Of a DNA stretch of 62,284 nt, positions 52,059 through 60,628 are shown piece by piece. The DNA lies in assembly GCA_036848175.1 (NCBI GenBank), contig DAIUKO010000006.1, positions 1-62,284 of the forward strand, written 5' to 3'. Position 1 is the first letter of the stretch, and every line of letters begins with the position of its first letter. The translations under genes were made by a program, and so were the position numbers. The DNA is from Vicinamibacterales bacterium (lineage in GTDB: Bacteria > Acidobacteriota > Vicinamibacteria > Vicinamibacterales > CAVVIG01). Under the pieces are notes generated by a model. It ran no database searches. It worked only from the letters and a program-made list of their open reading frames with translations, and was not told the DNA's origin.

Positions 52059-52781
52059 TCAGCGCGCCGCCGCCGCGTTCAGCGCACGCTCGGCGATCGC
52101 CCAATCCTCCGGGTCGTCGATGTTCAACCCGTACGGCGGCGACATCTTGTACGCAGCCACTTTGTCGCCGTAGAGGCTCGGCTCGATCGGATCGAACAGC
52201 ACGGAGGTTCGGAACAAATACACCGCGCCGTTGAGCACCCAGGCCTTCGGCATGTCCTGGCGCCGTCCCGGCCGCCGCTTGACCGGCTGCCCGCCGACGA
52301 ACAATCGCGCCCAGCCGTCATCGTCGATGCGGACGACGCGCATCGGGTTGTAGTGGGGCGGGAGCTCGTCGACGCTGACGACGGAGTCGGCGCCGGAGGT
52401 GGACGCGAGATCGACCGCCTCCTGAATATGGATTGGCTGACGCAGCGGCGACGTCGGCAGCAGGATCATCACCCAGTCCGGCGTGTAGCGCTCGTGCTCT
52501 CGCAGCCACGTCAACGCGTGGTGCATGACCGGCAGGTGCGGCGTGTCGTCCGCGGCGAGATGCCCCGGCCGCATGAACGGCACATCGCAGCCGCGCGCGC
52601 GCGCGATCGCCGCCGCCTGCTCGTCGTCGGTCGAGAGAATCAGGCGATCGAAGACGCCCGAATCGCGCGCGCAGTCGATGGTGTGGGCGATGAGCGGCTT
52701 ACCGCCGAGCAGTTTCGTGTTCTTGCCCGGAATCGCTTTCGATCCGGCGCGCGCCGTGACGACGCCGAGCACACGACTCAC
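52059..52781 (-). CDS. neuA: acylneuraminate (nonulosonate) cytidylyltransferase
   Basis: ORF 52059..52895 trimmed to GTG 52781 (VSRVLGVVTARAGSKAIPGKNTKLLGGKPLI...; GTGA with the neuB stop). Confidence 0.85.
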   Translation of the reverse strand: MSRVLGVVTARAGSKAIPGKNTKLLGGKPLIAHTIDCARDSGVFDRLILSTDDEQAAAIARARGCDVPFMRPGHLAADDTPHLPVMHHALTWLREHERYTPDWVMILLPTSPLRQPIHIQEAVDLASTSGADSVVSVDELPPHYNPMRVVRIDDDGWARLFVGGQPVKRRPGRRQDMPKAWVLNGAVYLFRTSVLFDPIEPSLYGDKVAAYKMSPPYGLNIDDPEDWAIAERALNAAAAR

Positions 52782-53809
52782 CGGAGGTCGTCCCACTGCA
52801 GGAGGCGGCCGCTCGCAATCGGGTGCTTCGCGACGCGGCCAATCACCTCGCCGAGCTGCCGCGCTGGAATGCCGGTGCCCGGCCGCTTCGGCCACACGTC
52901 GTCCCTGCCGATGGTCGCGCCGGCGGCGATGTCGCGCAGCGACACGACGCTATGGAGCGCCATGTCGCGCACCTCCTGCTCGCCCGGTTGAATCGTCTTC
53001 GTCGCGCCGCGCGCCTGCTCGATCGCGCGGATGCCCTTCACGATCTCGGTCAATTCGGCCGGCTCGATCGAGCCCTGTTGATCGGGTCCCGGGAGCGATC
53101 GCGACGTCGTGAAGTGCTTCTCGAACAGGTTCGCGCCGAGCGTGACCGCCGCCAGCGCGACGGAGCCGCCGACGGTGTGATCGGAGAAGCCGACCGGCAC
53201 GCCGTGCTTGCGCTGCAGCGTGGGGATGCAATCGATCTGCACGTGCTCGTACGGCGTCGGGTACGTCGACGTGCAGTGCATCAGCGCGAACGGCGTGCCG
53301 ATCGCCCGGATCGCTTCGACCGTCCGGTCGATCTCTTCCGGCGTCGACATCCCGGTCGAGACGATCATCGGCTTGCCCTTGCGCGCGATGTGCTGCTGCA
53401 GCGGCAGGTTGGTCAGCTCGCCTGATCCGGTCTTGTACGCCGGCACGCCGACAGTCTCGAGGAAGTCCGCGGCCTCACGGGAGAACGGCGTCGACAGAAA
53501 CACGATGCCGCGCTTCGCGGCGAGGTCGCGCAGCGTGAAGTGATCGTCACGCGACAACGCCGTCCGCGTCAGCAGATCGAACAGCGACTCGCCGACGTAG
53601 GCCGCCGTCGCTCCGCCGCGCAGCATCTCGTGCTCGGGAAAGTGCGTCTGAAACTTGATGGCGTCGGCGCCAGCGTCGGCCGCCGCCTGCACGAGCTCCG
53701 ACGCCAGCGACACGTCGCCGTTGTGGTTGATGCCGGCCTCCGCGATGACGAAGCACGGATGCCCGGCGCCGATCGCTCGCCCGCCGATCGTGATTTCGGT
53801 TGCGACCAT
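52778..53809 (-). CDS. neuB: N-acetylneuraminate (nonulosonate) synthase
   Basis: 343-aa ORF with FVIAEAGINHNG, KFQT, SDHT and a C-terminal SAF-like domain. NeuB, PseI and LegI cannot be told apart by eye. Confidence 0.85.
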   Translation of the reverse strand: MVATEITIGGRAIGAGHPCFVIAEAGINHNGDVSLASELVQAAADAGADAIKFQTHFPEHEMLRGGATAAYVGESLFDLLTRTALSRDDHFTLRDLAAKRGIVFLSTPFSREAADFLETVGVPAYKTGSGELTNLPLQQHIARKGKPMIVSTGMSTPEEIDRTVEAIRAIGTPFALMHCTSTYPTPYEHVQIDCIPTLQRKHGVPVGFSDHTVGGSVALAAVTLGANLFEKHFTTSRSLPGPDQQGSIEPAELTEIVKGIRAIEQARGATKTIQPGEQEVRDMALHSVVSLRDIAAGATIGRDDVWPKRPGTGIPARQLGEVIGRVAKHPIASGRLLQWDDLR

Positions 53810-53829
53810 GAGTAGTCTCGTTCAACTCG

Positions 53830-53906
53830 CTCGTCCTGAGCTTGTCCTGAGCTCGTCGAAGGACGAGTCGAACCGCTGCTCACCCTTCGACAGGCTCAGG
53901 GTGAGC
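53830..53906. repeat. two REP-like GC-rich palindromic hairpins between neuC and neuB
   Basis: Hairpin 1: ctcgtcct (53830-37) pairs with aggacgag (53860-67), with an inner gagct/agctc stem. Hairpin 2: gctcaccct (53878-86) pairs with agggtgagc (53898-906) and contains the neuC stop codon. Confidence 0.75.
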
Positions 53907-55106
53907 GTGTAAATCGAAGAAACACTTCTGCGTGTACAGCTCGGCGGTCGCCAGACGATCGGTGATCTGCTGGCTCGCGTCGGGCCGGTAGTAGATGTGC
54001 GACGCCGGATAGCGGCCGTGCCGCACCTGACGATCGACGGCAGCGCGGATGGCCTCGATCTCGTAGTCGACGTGCACGACGTTGTCGGCGGTGAGCCGTC
54101 CCTGCTGGCGGCGGCCGATGTTCACGACCGGCGTGCCGAGGTACGAGCACTCCTTGATGCCGGCCGATGAATTGCCGACCAGACACGCCGCCGACTTCAG
54201 CATCGCGACGAATTCATCGGCCGGCACGTTGGTGATGAACCGCGTCTTCGCCGCCGCCGCTTCGTGATGCTCGCGGACGTGCCGAATCGCCTCGGCCATC
54301 TCGCCGGTTCCGGCATCGGGGTTCGGCCAGAACCAGATCGTCTGCAGCCCGAGCGCGCCGATCGCGTGCATCGTGGTTTCGAGATGCTGGCGATTGTCGC
54401 GCTCGGTCGTCACCGGGTGCTGGACGACCATCAGGAACGGCTTCGTCACGTCGACGTCGTAGCCGACGCCGGCGGCGTTGACCTGCTCGCTCGTCACGGC
54501 GCGATCGATCTGCGACGCCAGCTCCACGTCGAGCGAGCCGGTGTTGAACACGTAGTTCGGGTCCTCCCCCATCGCCAGCACACGGCGATGGGCATCGTCG
54601 TTGGTGACGAAATGGATGTGGGCCAGCTTGGTGATCGCGTGGCGAACGCTCTCGTCGATGTTGCCGCTGCGGTCGCCGCCCTCGATGTGGGCGATGGTCG
54701 TGTTCAGATAGGCCGCCGACATCGCGATCGCGAGCTGCTCGAAGCGATCGCCGCAGATGACGACCACGTCGGGGTCGATCGCGTGCAGGCCGTTGGTGAA
54801 TTCGAGCGCCGTCAGACACGCCGTCTTCGCCATCGCGACGTGATTGCCGCCCTCGATGACGTTGAGGAGCGACGCGGCAATCGTGAAGCCGGCGGCCTCG
54901 ATGTCGTCGGCGATGTGATGGCTGTACTTGTCGAGCAGAATCGATCCGCCGAGCATGACCTCGAGATCGATGCCGGGATGCTGATGCAGCTTCCTGATCA
55001 ACAGCTGGCTGCGCCCGTAGTAGGCGCGGCTGGTGATCGGAAAGCAGATGCGGCGTCTGCCGCTCCGCGGCTTCATCCGGCTGCCCGACGCCAGCAGCGT
55101 GTTCAT
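53880..55106 (-). CDS. neuC: UDP-N-acetylglucosamine 2-epimerase (hydrolysing)
   Basis: ORF 53880..55397 trimmed to ATG 55106 (ATGA; ATG 55076 is the alternative). HIEGGDRSGNIDESVRHAITKLAHIHF. Confidence 0.85.
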   Translation of the reverse strand: MNTLLASGSRMKPRSGRRRICFPITSRAYYGRSQLLIRKLHQHPGIDLEVMLGGSILLDKYSHHIADDIEAAGFTIAASLLNVIEGGNHVAMAKTACLTALEFTNGLHAIDPDVVVICGDRFEQLAIAMSAAYLNTTIAHIEGGDRSGNIDESVRHAITKLAHIHFVTNDDAHRRVLAMGEDPNYVFNTGSLDVELASQIDRAVTSEQVNAAGVGYDVDVTKPFLMVVQHPVTTERDNRQHLETTMHAIGALGLQTIWFWPNPDAGTGEMAEAIRHVREHHEAAAAKTRFITNVPADEFVAMLKSAACLVGNSSAGIKECSYLGTPVVNIGRRQQGRLTADNVVHVDYEIEAIRAAVDRQVRHGRYPASHIYYRPDASQQITDRLATAELYTQKCFFDLHAHPEPVEG

Positions 55107-56563
55107 ACGCGCGCCGGATCGTGGTTGACGACGATGGTCTTCCATTCGCAGTAGACGTCGAGCGCCTCGGTGCCCGGTTCGCGGAAGCCGTTGCCCGAAT
55201 TCTTGACGCCGCCGAACGGCATGTGCGGGCCGGCGCCGTAGGTCGGGCCGTTGATCGAGACCAGGCCGGCGCGATAGCGCGCGATGAACTGCTCGATGCG
55301 ATTGCTGTTGAAGGTGTGAATCGCGCCGGTGAGGCCGTAGGCGGTTGCGTTGGCGAGCTGAATCGCTTCGTCGAAGCTCGCGACCCGGTAGAGACACGTC
55401 ACCGGACCGAACAGCTCCTGCTGCGAGATCGGGTCGTCGTGCGCGACGTTCTCGACGATGGTCGGCGCCATGTAGTAGCCGGGCGCGAGCGCGTCAATCG
55501 CGTGACCTCCGGTCAGCACACGCGCGCCGCGGCTGACCGCGCACTCGACCGCGCGCAGCAGGCGATCGAGACTCGCACGCGAGATCACGGGACCGCAGTC
55601 GTCCTGTTCAGCCGATCCCACTTTGACCGCATTCGCGCGCGCGACCATCGCGTCGCGGAACCCGTCGTAGATGCGGTCGAAGACGATGATCCGGCTGCCG
55701 GCGGCGCAGCGCTGACCGGCGTCGATGAACGCGGACGCGATGGCATGCTCCGCGGCGAGCTGCAGATCGGCGTCGTCGCACACGACCAGTGGGTTCTTGC
55801 CGCCCATTTCCAGGCAGACTTTCGCGAGGACCGCGCGACCGCTGACACGCTGCTGAATCGACTTTCCGGTCGCCGCCGATCCGGTGAAGCTGACCAGACC
55901 GACGCGCGCGTCCTCGACGAGCGGCGTGCCGACTTCGCCGCCCAATCCCTGCACGGCGGAATAGACGCCCTTGGGCAGCCCCGCGTCGCGCAGCAGCTTG
56001 CCGAGCGCAACCGCCGTGTACGGCGTCAGCTCGTGCGACTTGGCGACGACGGCGTTGCCGCAGACGAGCGCGGGAAAGGTCTTCCACGCGACGCCGGCGA
56101 GCGGGCTGTTGAACGGCATGATCGCCGCGCACACGCCAATCGGCGCGCGCTCGGTGCGCACGCTGCGGTTCGGAATCGGGCTCGTCATCGTCTTGCCGTA
56201 GAAGCGGCTGCCTTCGCTCTCCATGAAGACGGCGAGATCGGCCGACGAGGCGACCTCGGCGGCCGCGTTCTTCCACGGTTTCCCCGTTTCCGTGTGCACG
56301 ATGCCGGCGAAGTGGCGCTCCGCGGCGCGGAGCAGCGACGCGGCGCGGCCGAGGATCTCGCCGCGTCTTGGCGCGGGCAGACGGCTCCATCCGTCCGCGG
56401 CGCGCGATGCGGTCTCGATCGCCGTGCGCACGTCCGCGTCGTTTCCACGCGCGACCTGCGCGACGACCGCGTCGTCCATCGGGCAACGTTTTTCGAACGT
56501 CGCGCCGCTCGAGGCGGGCACCTCCGCGTCGTCTATCCAGTGGTTGACCGACTCAGGGTACAT
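55103..56563 (-). CDS. NAD(P)-dependent aldehyde dehydrogenase
   Basis: ORF 55103..56704 trimmed to ATG 56563 (MYPESVNHWI...). LEMGGKNP and catalytic-Cys context AGQRCAAGSR. Confidence 0.9.
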   Translation of the reverse strand: MYPESVNHWIDDAEVPASSGATFEKRCPMDDAVVAQVARGNDADVRTAIETASRAADGWSRLPAPRRGEILGRAASLLRAAERHFAGIVHTETGKPWKNAAAEVASSADLAVFMESEGSRFYGKTMTSPIPNRSVRTERAPIGVCAAIMPFNSPLAGVAWKTFPALVCGNAVVAKSHELTPYTAVALGKLLRDAGLPKGVYSAVQGLGGEVGTPLVEDARVGLVSFTGSAATGKSIQQRVSGRAVLAKVCLEMGGKNPLVVCDDADLQLAAEHAIASAFIDAGQRCAAGSRIIVFDRIYDGFRDAMVARANAVKVGSAEQDDCGPVISRASLDRLLRAVECAVSRGARVLTGGHAIDALAPGYYMAPTIVENVAHDDPISQQELFGPVTCLYRVASFDEAIQLANATAYGLTGAIHTFNSNRIEQFIARYRAGLVSINGPTYGAGPHMPFGGVKNSGNGFREPGTEALDVYCEWKTIVVNHDPARV

Positions 56564-58544
56564 GCTGCTCGGACGCGACGGTCGTCGAGTGAGCCGGTGA
56601 ACGCGGGGTGAGGCGATGGAACTGCTGAACGGCGCGCACGATTCCGGCGGCATCGAGGCCGTGGTGCGCCAGGACTTCGGCGTTGCCGCCGCACGCCGGG
56701 ACATCGGTGAGGCCGAGCGATCGGACGTCGACGTGCACGCCGCGGCGCGCGAGCGCGGCGGCGACCATCACGCCCTGCCCGAGCGTGACGTAGTGATTGT
56801 CGAGCGTCAGCACCGCTCCGACGCGAGAGAAGGTGTGCCAGATCCAGTCTTCGTCGACGCGATTGAGCCAGGGAAGATTGATGACCGCCGCGCTGATCCC
56901 CTGCGCGGCGAGCGCGTCGGCGGCGAGCCACGCATTGGTCATCAGCAGCGGTCCGTAGCCGACGAGTGCGACATCGCGTCCCTCTCGCAGCGTCACGCCC
57001 CGGCCGACGGACAACGCGTACGAGGCCGGCAGCGTGTACGGCAGGTCCATCGGGACGTTGACGAATCGGAGGTAGGTGCTGCCCTGGTGCTCGTCGATCG
57101 CCCACCGGATCGCGAGCCGCGCTTCACGCTCCGAGCACGGCTCGATCGCCACGAGTCCCGGCACGGATCCGATCGCCGAGATGTCGCGGACCGATTGATG
57201 CGAATGGCCGGGTCCCGCCGGGACGAGGCCGGCGAGCGTCGCCGTGTAGATGATCTTCGTGCCTTCAGTCGCGTTGTTGTAAATCTGCTCGTTCGCGCGC
57301 GTCGAGAGAAAGCAGGCGAACGAGTGCGCGATCGGCAGCAGTCCCGCCAGCGCCATCCCGCCCGCCGCGGAGACCATGTGCTGTTCGGCGATGCCGCATT
57401 CGATGAAGCGGTACGGCAGTTCCTCTTTGAACGCTTCGATGCCGCAATCGGATAGCAGATCGGCGTCGAGGACGACGATCTCCGGTCGCGTCCGTGCGAT
57501 CTGCAACAGTTCATCGCCGTAGGCGACGACGAGCCGTTCGGGCTGCGACGGCGCGACGCGGACCGGCTGCGGCGCGGACGTGAATTCGAGCGGCGCGTGG
57601 CCAAGCGCCGCCAGACGACCGTTGATCCGCCCGGTCAGTTCGCGCACGGCCGCCAGATAGTCGTCGAGCGACGGCGCGCCGGCGTGGAAGCGGTAGGTCC
57701 CGTCGCCGCACGCGACCCCTTCCATGAACGAGACCCCTCTGCCCTTGATGGTGTCGGCGACGAGCGCCTTCGGCTTGTCGGCGACCTGCGCGAACCGCTC
57801 GAACGCCGCGCTGATGGCGCGGAAGTCGTGGCCGTCGACGCGCTCCACGTGCCATCCAAACGCCCGGAACTTGTCGTCGATCGCACCGAGATCGCTGACC
57901 GCGGCCACGGTCGAGTCCGACTGATATTTGTTGTGATCGACGATGGCAATCATGTCGCCGCGGCCTTCGTTGGCGACCGGCTGCAGCGCCTCCCAGATCT
58001 GCCCCTCCTGCAGCTCGCCGTCGCCGGTCATCAGCACGACGCGGCCGCCCTTGCCGCTGCGGCGGCGCCCCTGCAGGATGCCGAACGCCTTCGAGATGCC
58101 CATCCCCAGCGAGCCGGTGTTCGTCGCGATGAACGGCACGGTGACGTCGGGGTGGCCCGGCAGCCCGCCGAGACGGCGAAGCCGATGCAGGAGATCGAAA
58201 TCGAGCTTGCCGAGCGCGATGAGGAGCGAGTACAGCGCCGGCGCGTCGTGCCCCTTCGACGAGAAGTACGTGTCCGCGCCCGCGGTGCCGCTGTTCGGAT
58301 CGACGAGCTCCTCGGTCCAGAGCCAGGTGATCAGATCCATCGAGCTGAAACTGGATCCGATGTGACCCGAACCGGCCTGCATGATCATGTAAAGCGTGTT
58401 CAGCCGGCAGAGATCCGCCAGCAGCGCGGCGCGCTCGTACGGATCCGATGTCGCGGCGCGAGCCGCGGCGATCGCGCCGCTCGCGGCGTAGGTCAGCGCG
58501 CCCTGACCGCGTAGTGCTTCGTCGGAACGATCCTTTTCACTCAT
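56553..58544 (-). CDS. transketolase-family ThDP enzyme (fused N+C halves)
   Basis: 663-aa ORF with GSGHIGSSFS, GDGELQEGQIWEA, FIECGIAEQHMV. Confidence 0.9.
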   Translation of the reverse strand: MSEKDRSDEALRGQGALTYAASGAIAAARAATSDPYERAALLADLCRLNTLYMIMQAGSGHIGSSFSSMDLITWLWTEELVDPNSGTAGADTYFSSKGHDAPALYSLLIALGKLDFDLLHRLRRLGGLPGHPDVTVPFIATNTGSLGMGISKAFGILQGRRRSGKGGRVVLMTGDGELQEGQIWEALQPVANEGRGDMIAIVDHNKYQSDSTVAAVSDLGAIDDKFRAFGWHVERVDGHDFRAISAAFERFAQVADKPKALVADTIKGRGVSFMEGVACGDGTYRFHAGAPSLDDYLAAVRELTGRINGRLAALGHAPLEFTSAPQPVRVAPSQPERLVVAYGDELLQIARTRPEIVVLDADLLSDCGIEAFKEELPYRFIECGIAEQHMVSAAGGMALAGLLPIAHSFACFLSTRANEQIYNNATEGTKIIYTATLAGLVPAGPGHSHQSVRDISAIGSVPGLVAIEPCSEREARLAIRWAIDEHQGSTYLRFVNVPMDLPYTLPASYALSVGRGVTLREGRDVALVGYGPLLMTNAWLAADALAAQGISAAVINLPWLNRVDEDWIWHTFSRVGAVLTLDNHYVTLGQGVMVAAALARRGVHVDVRSLGLTDVPACGGNAEVLAHHGLDAAGIVRAVQQFHRLTPRSPAHSTTVASEQHVP

Positions 58545-58547
58545 CAG

Positions 58548-59387
58548 CTATCGGGCCGTCCACCCGCCGTCGATCACGAGCGTCGCGCCGGTCATGTACG
58601 CCGACGCCTTCGAGGCCAGAAACAGAATCGCGCCGTTGTACTCGTCTTCGCGCGCCATGCGTCCGAGCGGCGTCCGCTTCTCGTACTCGGCGACGAACTC
58701 CGGCGAGTGGTTCGCTTCGCGCACGCCGCCCGGCACCAGCGAGTTGACGCGAACGCCGAGCCGTCGATGTCCGCAGTACTCGGCGAGCCATCGCGTGAAG
58801 TTCAGCATGCCGGACTTCGCGACGCTGTAGCCGACCGGCTTGAACCATTCACGTCCGTCGCGGCGCTGGAACTCGTACATCGACTGATCGGGCGACACGA
58901 CGCCGTAGGTCGACGAGACGTTGATGATGCTGCCGCGCTCGCGCTTCGACGCGACGAAGGCCGCGAGGAACGACTGGGACGCCACCAGCGCACTGGTGAG
59001 GTGCGACCGCAGCATCGCCTCCCACGCCGATTCGGGATAGCACTCGAAGCGTCCGCTCTCGAGGGTCGCGTCGGCCGGCGACGACCCGAGACCGGCGTTG
59101 TTGATCAGAATCGTCGGCGCGCCGAACCGCGCGACGACGTCGGCGATGCCGCGGTCGACAGCCGCCCGGTCGGTCGTATCGACGGCATGCGTCGACACGC
59201 GCGCGTCCGACGCCAGCAGCGCCTGCAGGCGGTCACCCGGCGGCGACACGTCGAACAGCGCCACTGCGGCTCCCGCCGATGACAGCGCGTGCGCGTACTG
59301 GCTGCCCAGCCGCCCGGTGCCGCCGGTGACGATCGCGACGTCGCCTTCGAGCGAGAACAGGTCCGCCGAAGCGCCTCGCGTCGTCAT
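58548..59387 (-). CDS. short-chain dehydrogenase/reductase (classical SDR)
   Basis: ORF 58548..59432 trimmed to ATG 59387 (MTTRGASADLFSLEGDVAIVTGGTGRLG...). YSVAK. Confidence 0.85.
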   Translation of the reverse strand: MTTRGASADLFSLEGDVAIVTGGTGRLGSQYAHALSSAGAAVALFDVSPPGDRLQALLASDARVSTHAVDTTDRAAVDRGIADVVARFGAPTILINNAGLGSSPADATLESGRFECYPESAWEAMLRSHLTSALVASQSFLAAFVASKRERGSIINVSSTYGVVSPDQSMYEFQRRDGREWFKPVGYSVAKSGMLNFTRWLAEYCGHRRLGVRVNSLVPGGVREANHSPEFVAEYEKRTPLGRMAREDEYNGAILFLASKASAYMTGATLVIDGGWTAR

Positions 59388-59404
59388 AGTAGAGTAGCGC
59401 TCGC

Positions 59405-60619
59405 GTGCCGAACGTCGACACCGCGAGCCCACCCATCCGCATCGCGCGCATCATCACGCGTCTGAACGTCGGCGGACCGGCGATCCAGGCGATCGAGATG
59501 AGCGCGCGGCTGGAATCGATCGGGTACCACACGCTGCTCGTCCACGGCCGTCTCGGAACAGGCGAGGGCGACATGCGCTATCTCGTCCCGTCGCCGCACC
59601 CCTTCGAGATGGAATACGTGCGGGCGCTTCGACGCGAGCCGGCGCCGCTGGCCGACGCCGCCGCCGTCGCGCAGGTGTTTCGCCTGCTGCGCCGCTTTCG
59701 GCCGGACATCGTCCACACGCACATGGCGAAGGCGGGCTCGGTCGGCCGCACGGCGGCGATGTTGTACAACGTTTCCAGAGCGACGACCGGCCATCGCGCG
59801 CGCCTCGTCCACACGTACCACGGACATGTGCTGGACGGATATTTCTCCGCAGGAACGGCAACCGTGTTCACCGGCATCGAACGCACGCTGGCTCGACGCT
59901 CGGACGCGTTGATCGCCGTCTCGCCGTCGGTGCTGCACGATCTGCGCGATCGACACCGCATCGGCGCCGCGGATCGGTTCCGCGTCATCCCGCTCGGCTT
60001 CGATCTGTCGCGGTTCGCGGCCATCGGTCCCGACGATCGCGTGGCGGCGCGCCGCGAGCTCGCGCTCGACGCCAACGCCCACGTCGCCGCCTTCGTCGGG
60101 CGGCTGACGGCGATCAAGCAGCCGGACTTGTTCGTCGAGGGCGCGGATCGAATCGCCCGCGTCGACGAGGGCGCGCGTTTTCTCATTGCCGGCGGCGGGG
60201 AGCTCGACGCGTCGCTGCGCGCCGCCGTCGCTCAACGCGGCCTCTCTGATCGTGTCCGCTTCCTCGGCTGGCAGCGCCACCTCGAGACGGTTTACGCGGC
60301 GAGCGATCTCATCGCCGTCACGTCGCGCAACGAAGGCACGCCGGTCGCGCTGATCGAGAGCATGGCGGCGGGAGTGCCCGGCGTTTCCTTCGACGTCGGC
60401 GGCGTGTCGGATGTGATCACCTCCGCCGATCTCGGCGCGCTCGTAGCGGACGGCGATGTAGAGGCGCTGGTCGCGGCGATGCGACGGCTGTTCGACGACG
60501 AGCGCCGGCGGCAGGAGATCGGCGCGCGGGCGCGCGCGTCGGTGCTCGCCCGATTCGGGATCGATCGCCTCGTGCACGATCTCACCGGGCTCTATCGCGA
60601 CCTCCTCTCGCTCCACTAA
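59405..60619 (+). CDS. GT4 (GT-B fold) glycosyltransferase
   Basis: 404-aa ORF with a GTG start. RLNVGGPAIQ and EGTPVALIESMAAGVPGVS. Confidence 0.85.
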   Translation: MPNVDTASPPIRIARIITRLNVGGPAIQAIEMSARLESIGYHTLLVHGRLGTGEGDMRYLVPSPHPFEMEYVRALRREPAPLADAAAVAQVFRLLRRFRPDIVHTHMAKAGSVGRTAAMLYNVSRATTGHRARLVHTYHGHVLDGYFSAGTATVFTGIERTLARRSDALIAVSPSVLHDLRDRHRIGAADRFRVIPLGFDLSRFAAIGPDDRVAARRELALDANAHVAAFVGRLTAIKQPDLFVEGADRIARVDEGARFLIAGGGELDASLRAAVAQRGLSDRVRFLGWQRHLETVYAASDLIAVTSRNEGTPVALIESMAAGVPGVSFDVGGVSDVITSADLGALVADGDVEALVAAMRRLFDDERRRQEIGARARASVLARFGIDRLVHDLTGLYRDLLSLH

Positions 60620-60628
60620 GATTCGCCA

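Noticed and set aside
50546-55106. Calling the neu genes a legionaminic or pseudaminic acid pathway.
   Set aside because: I could not recognise the dedicated 4,6-dehydratase/aminotransferase/N-acetyltransferase set adjacent to them, and there is no LbH acetyltransferase anywhere in the window. The specificity is left open rather than asserted.
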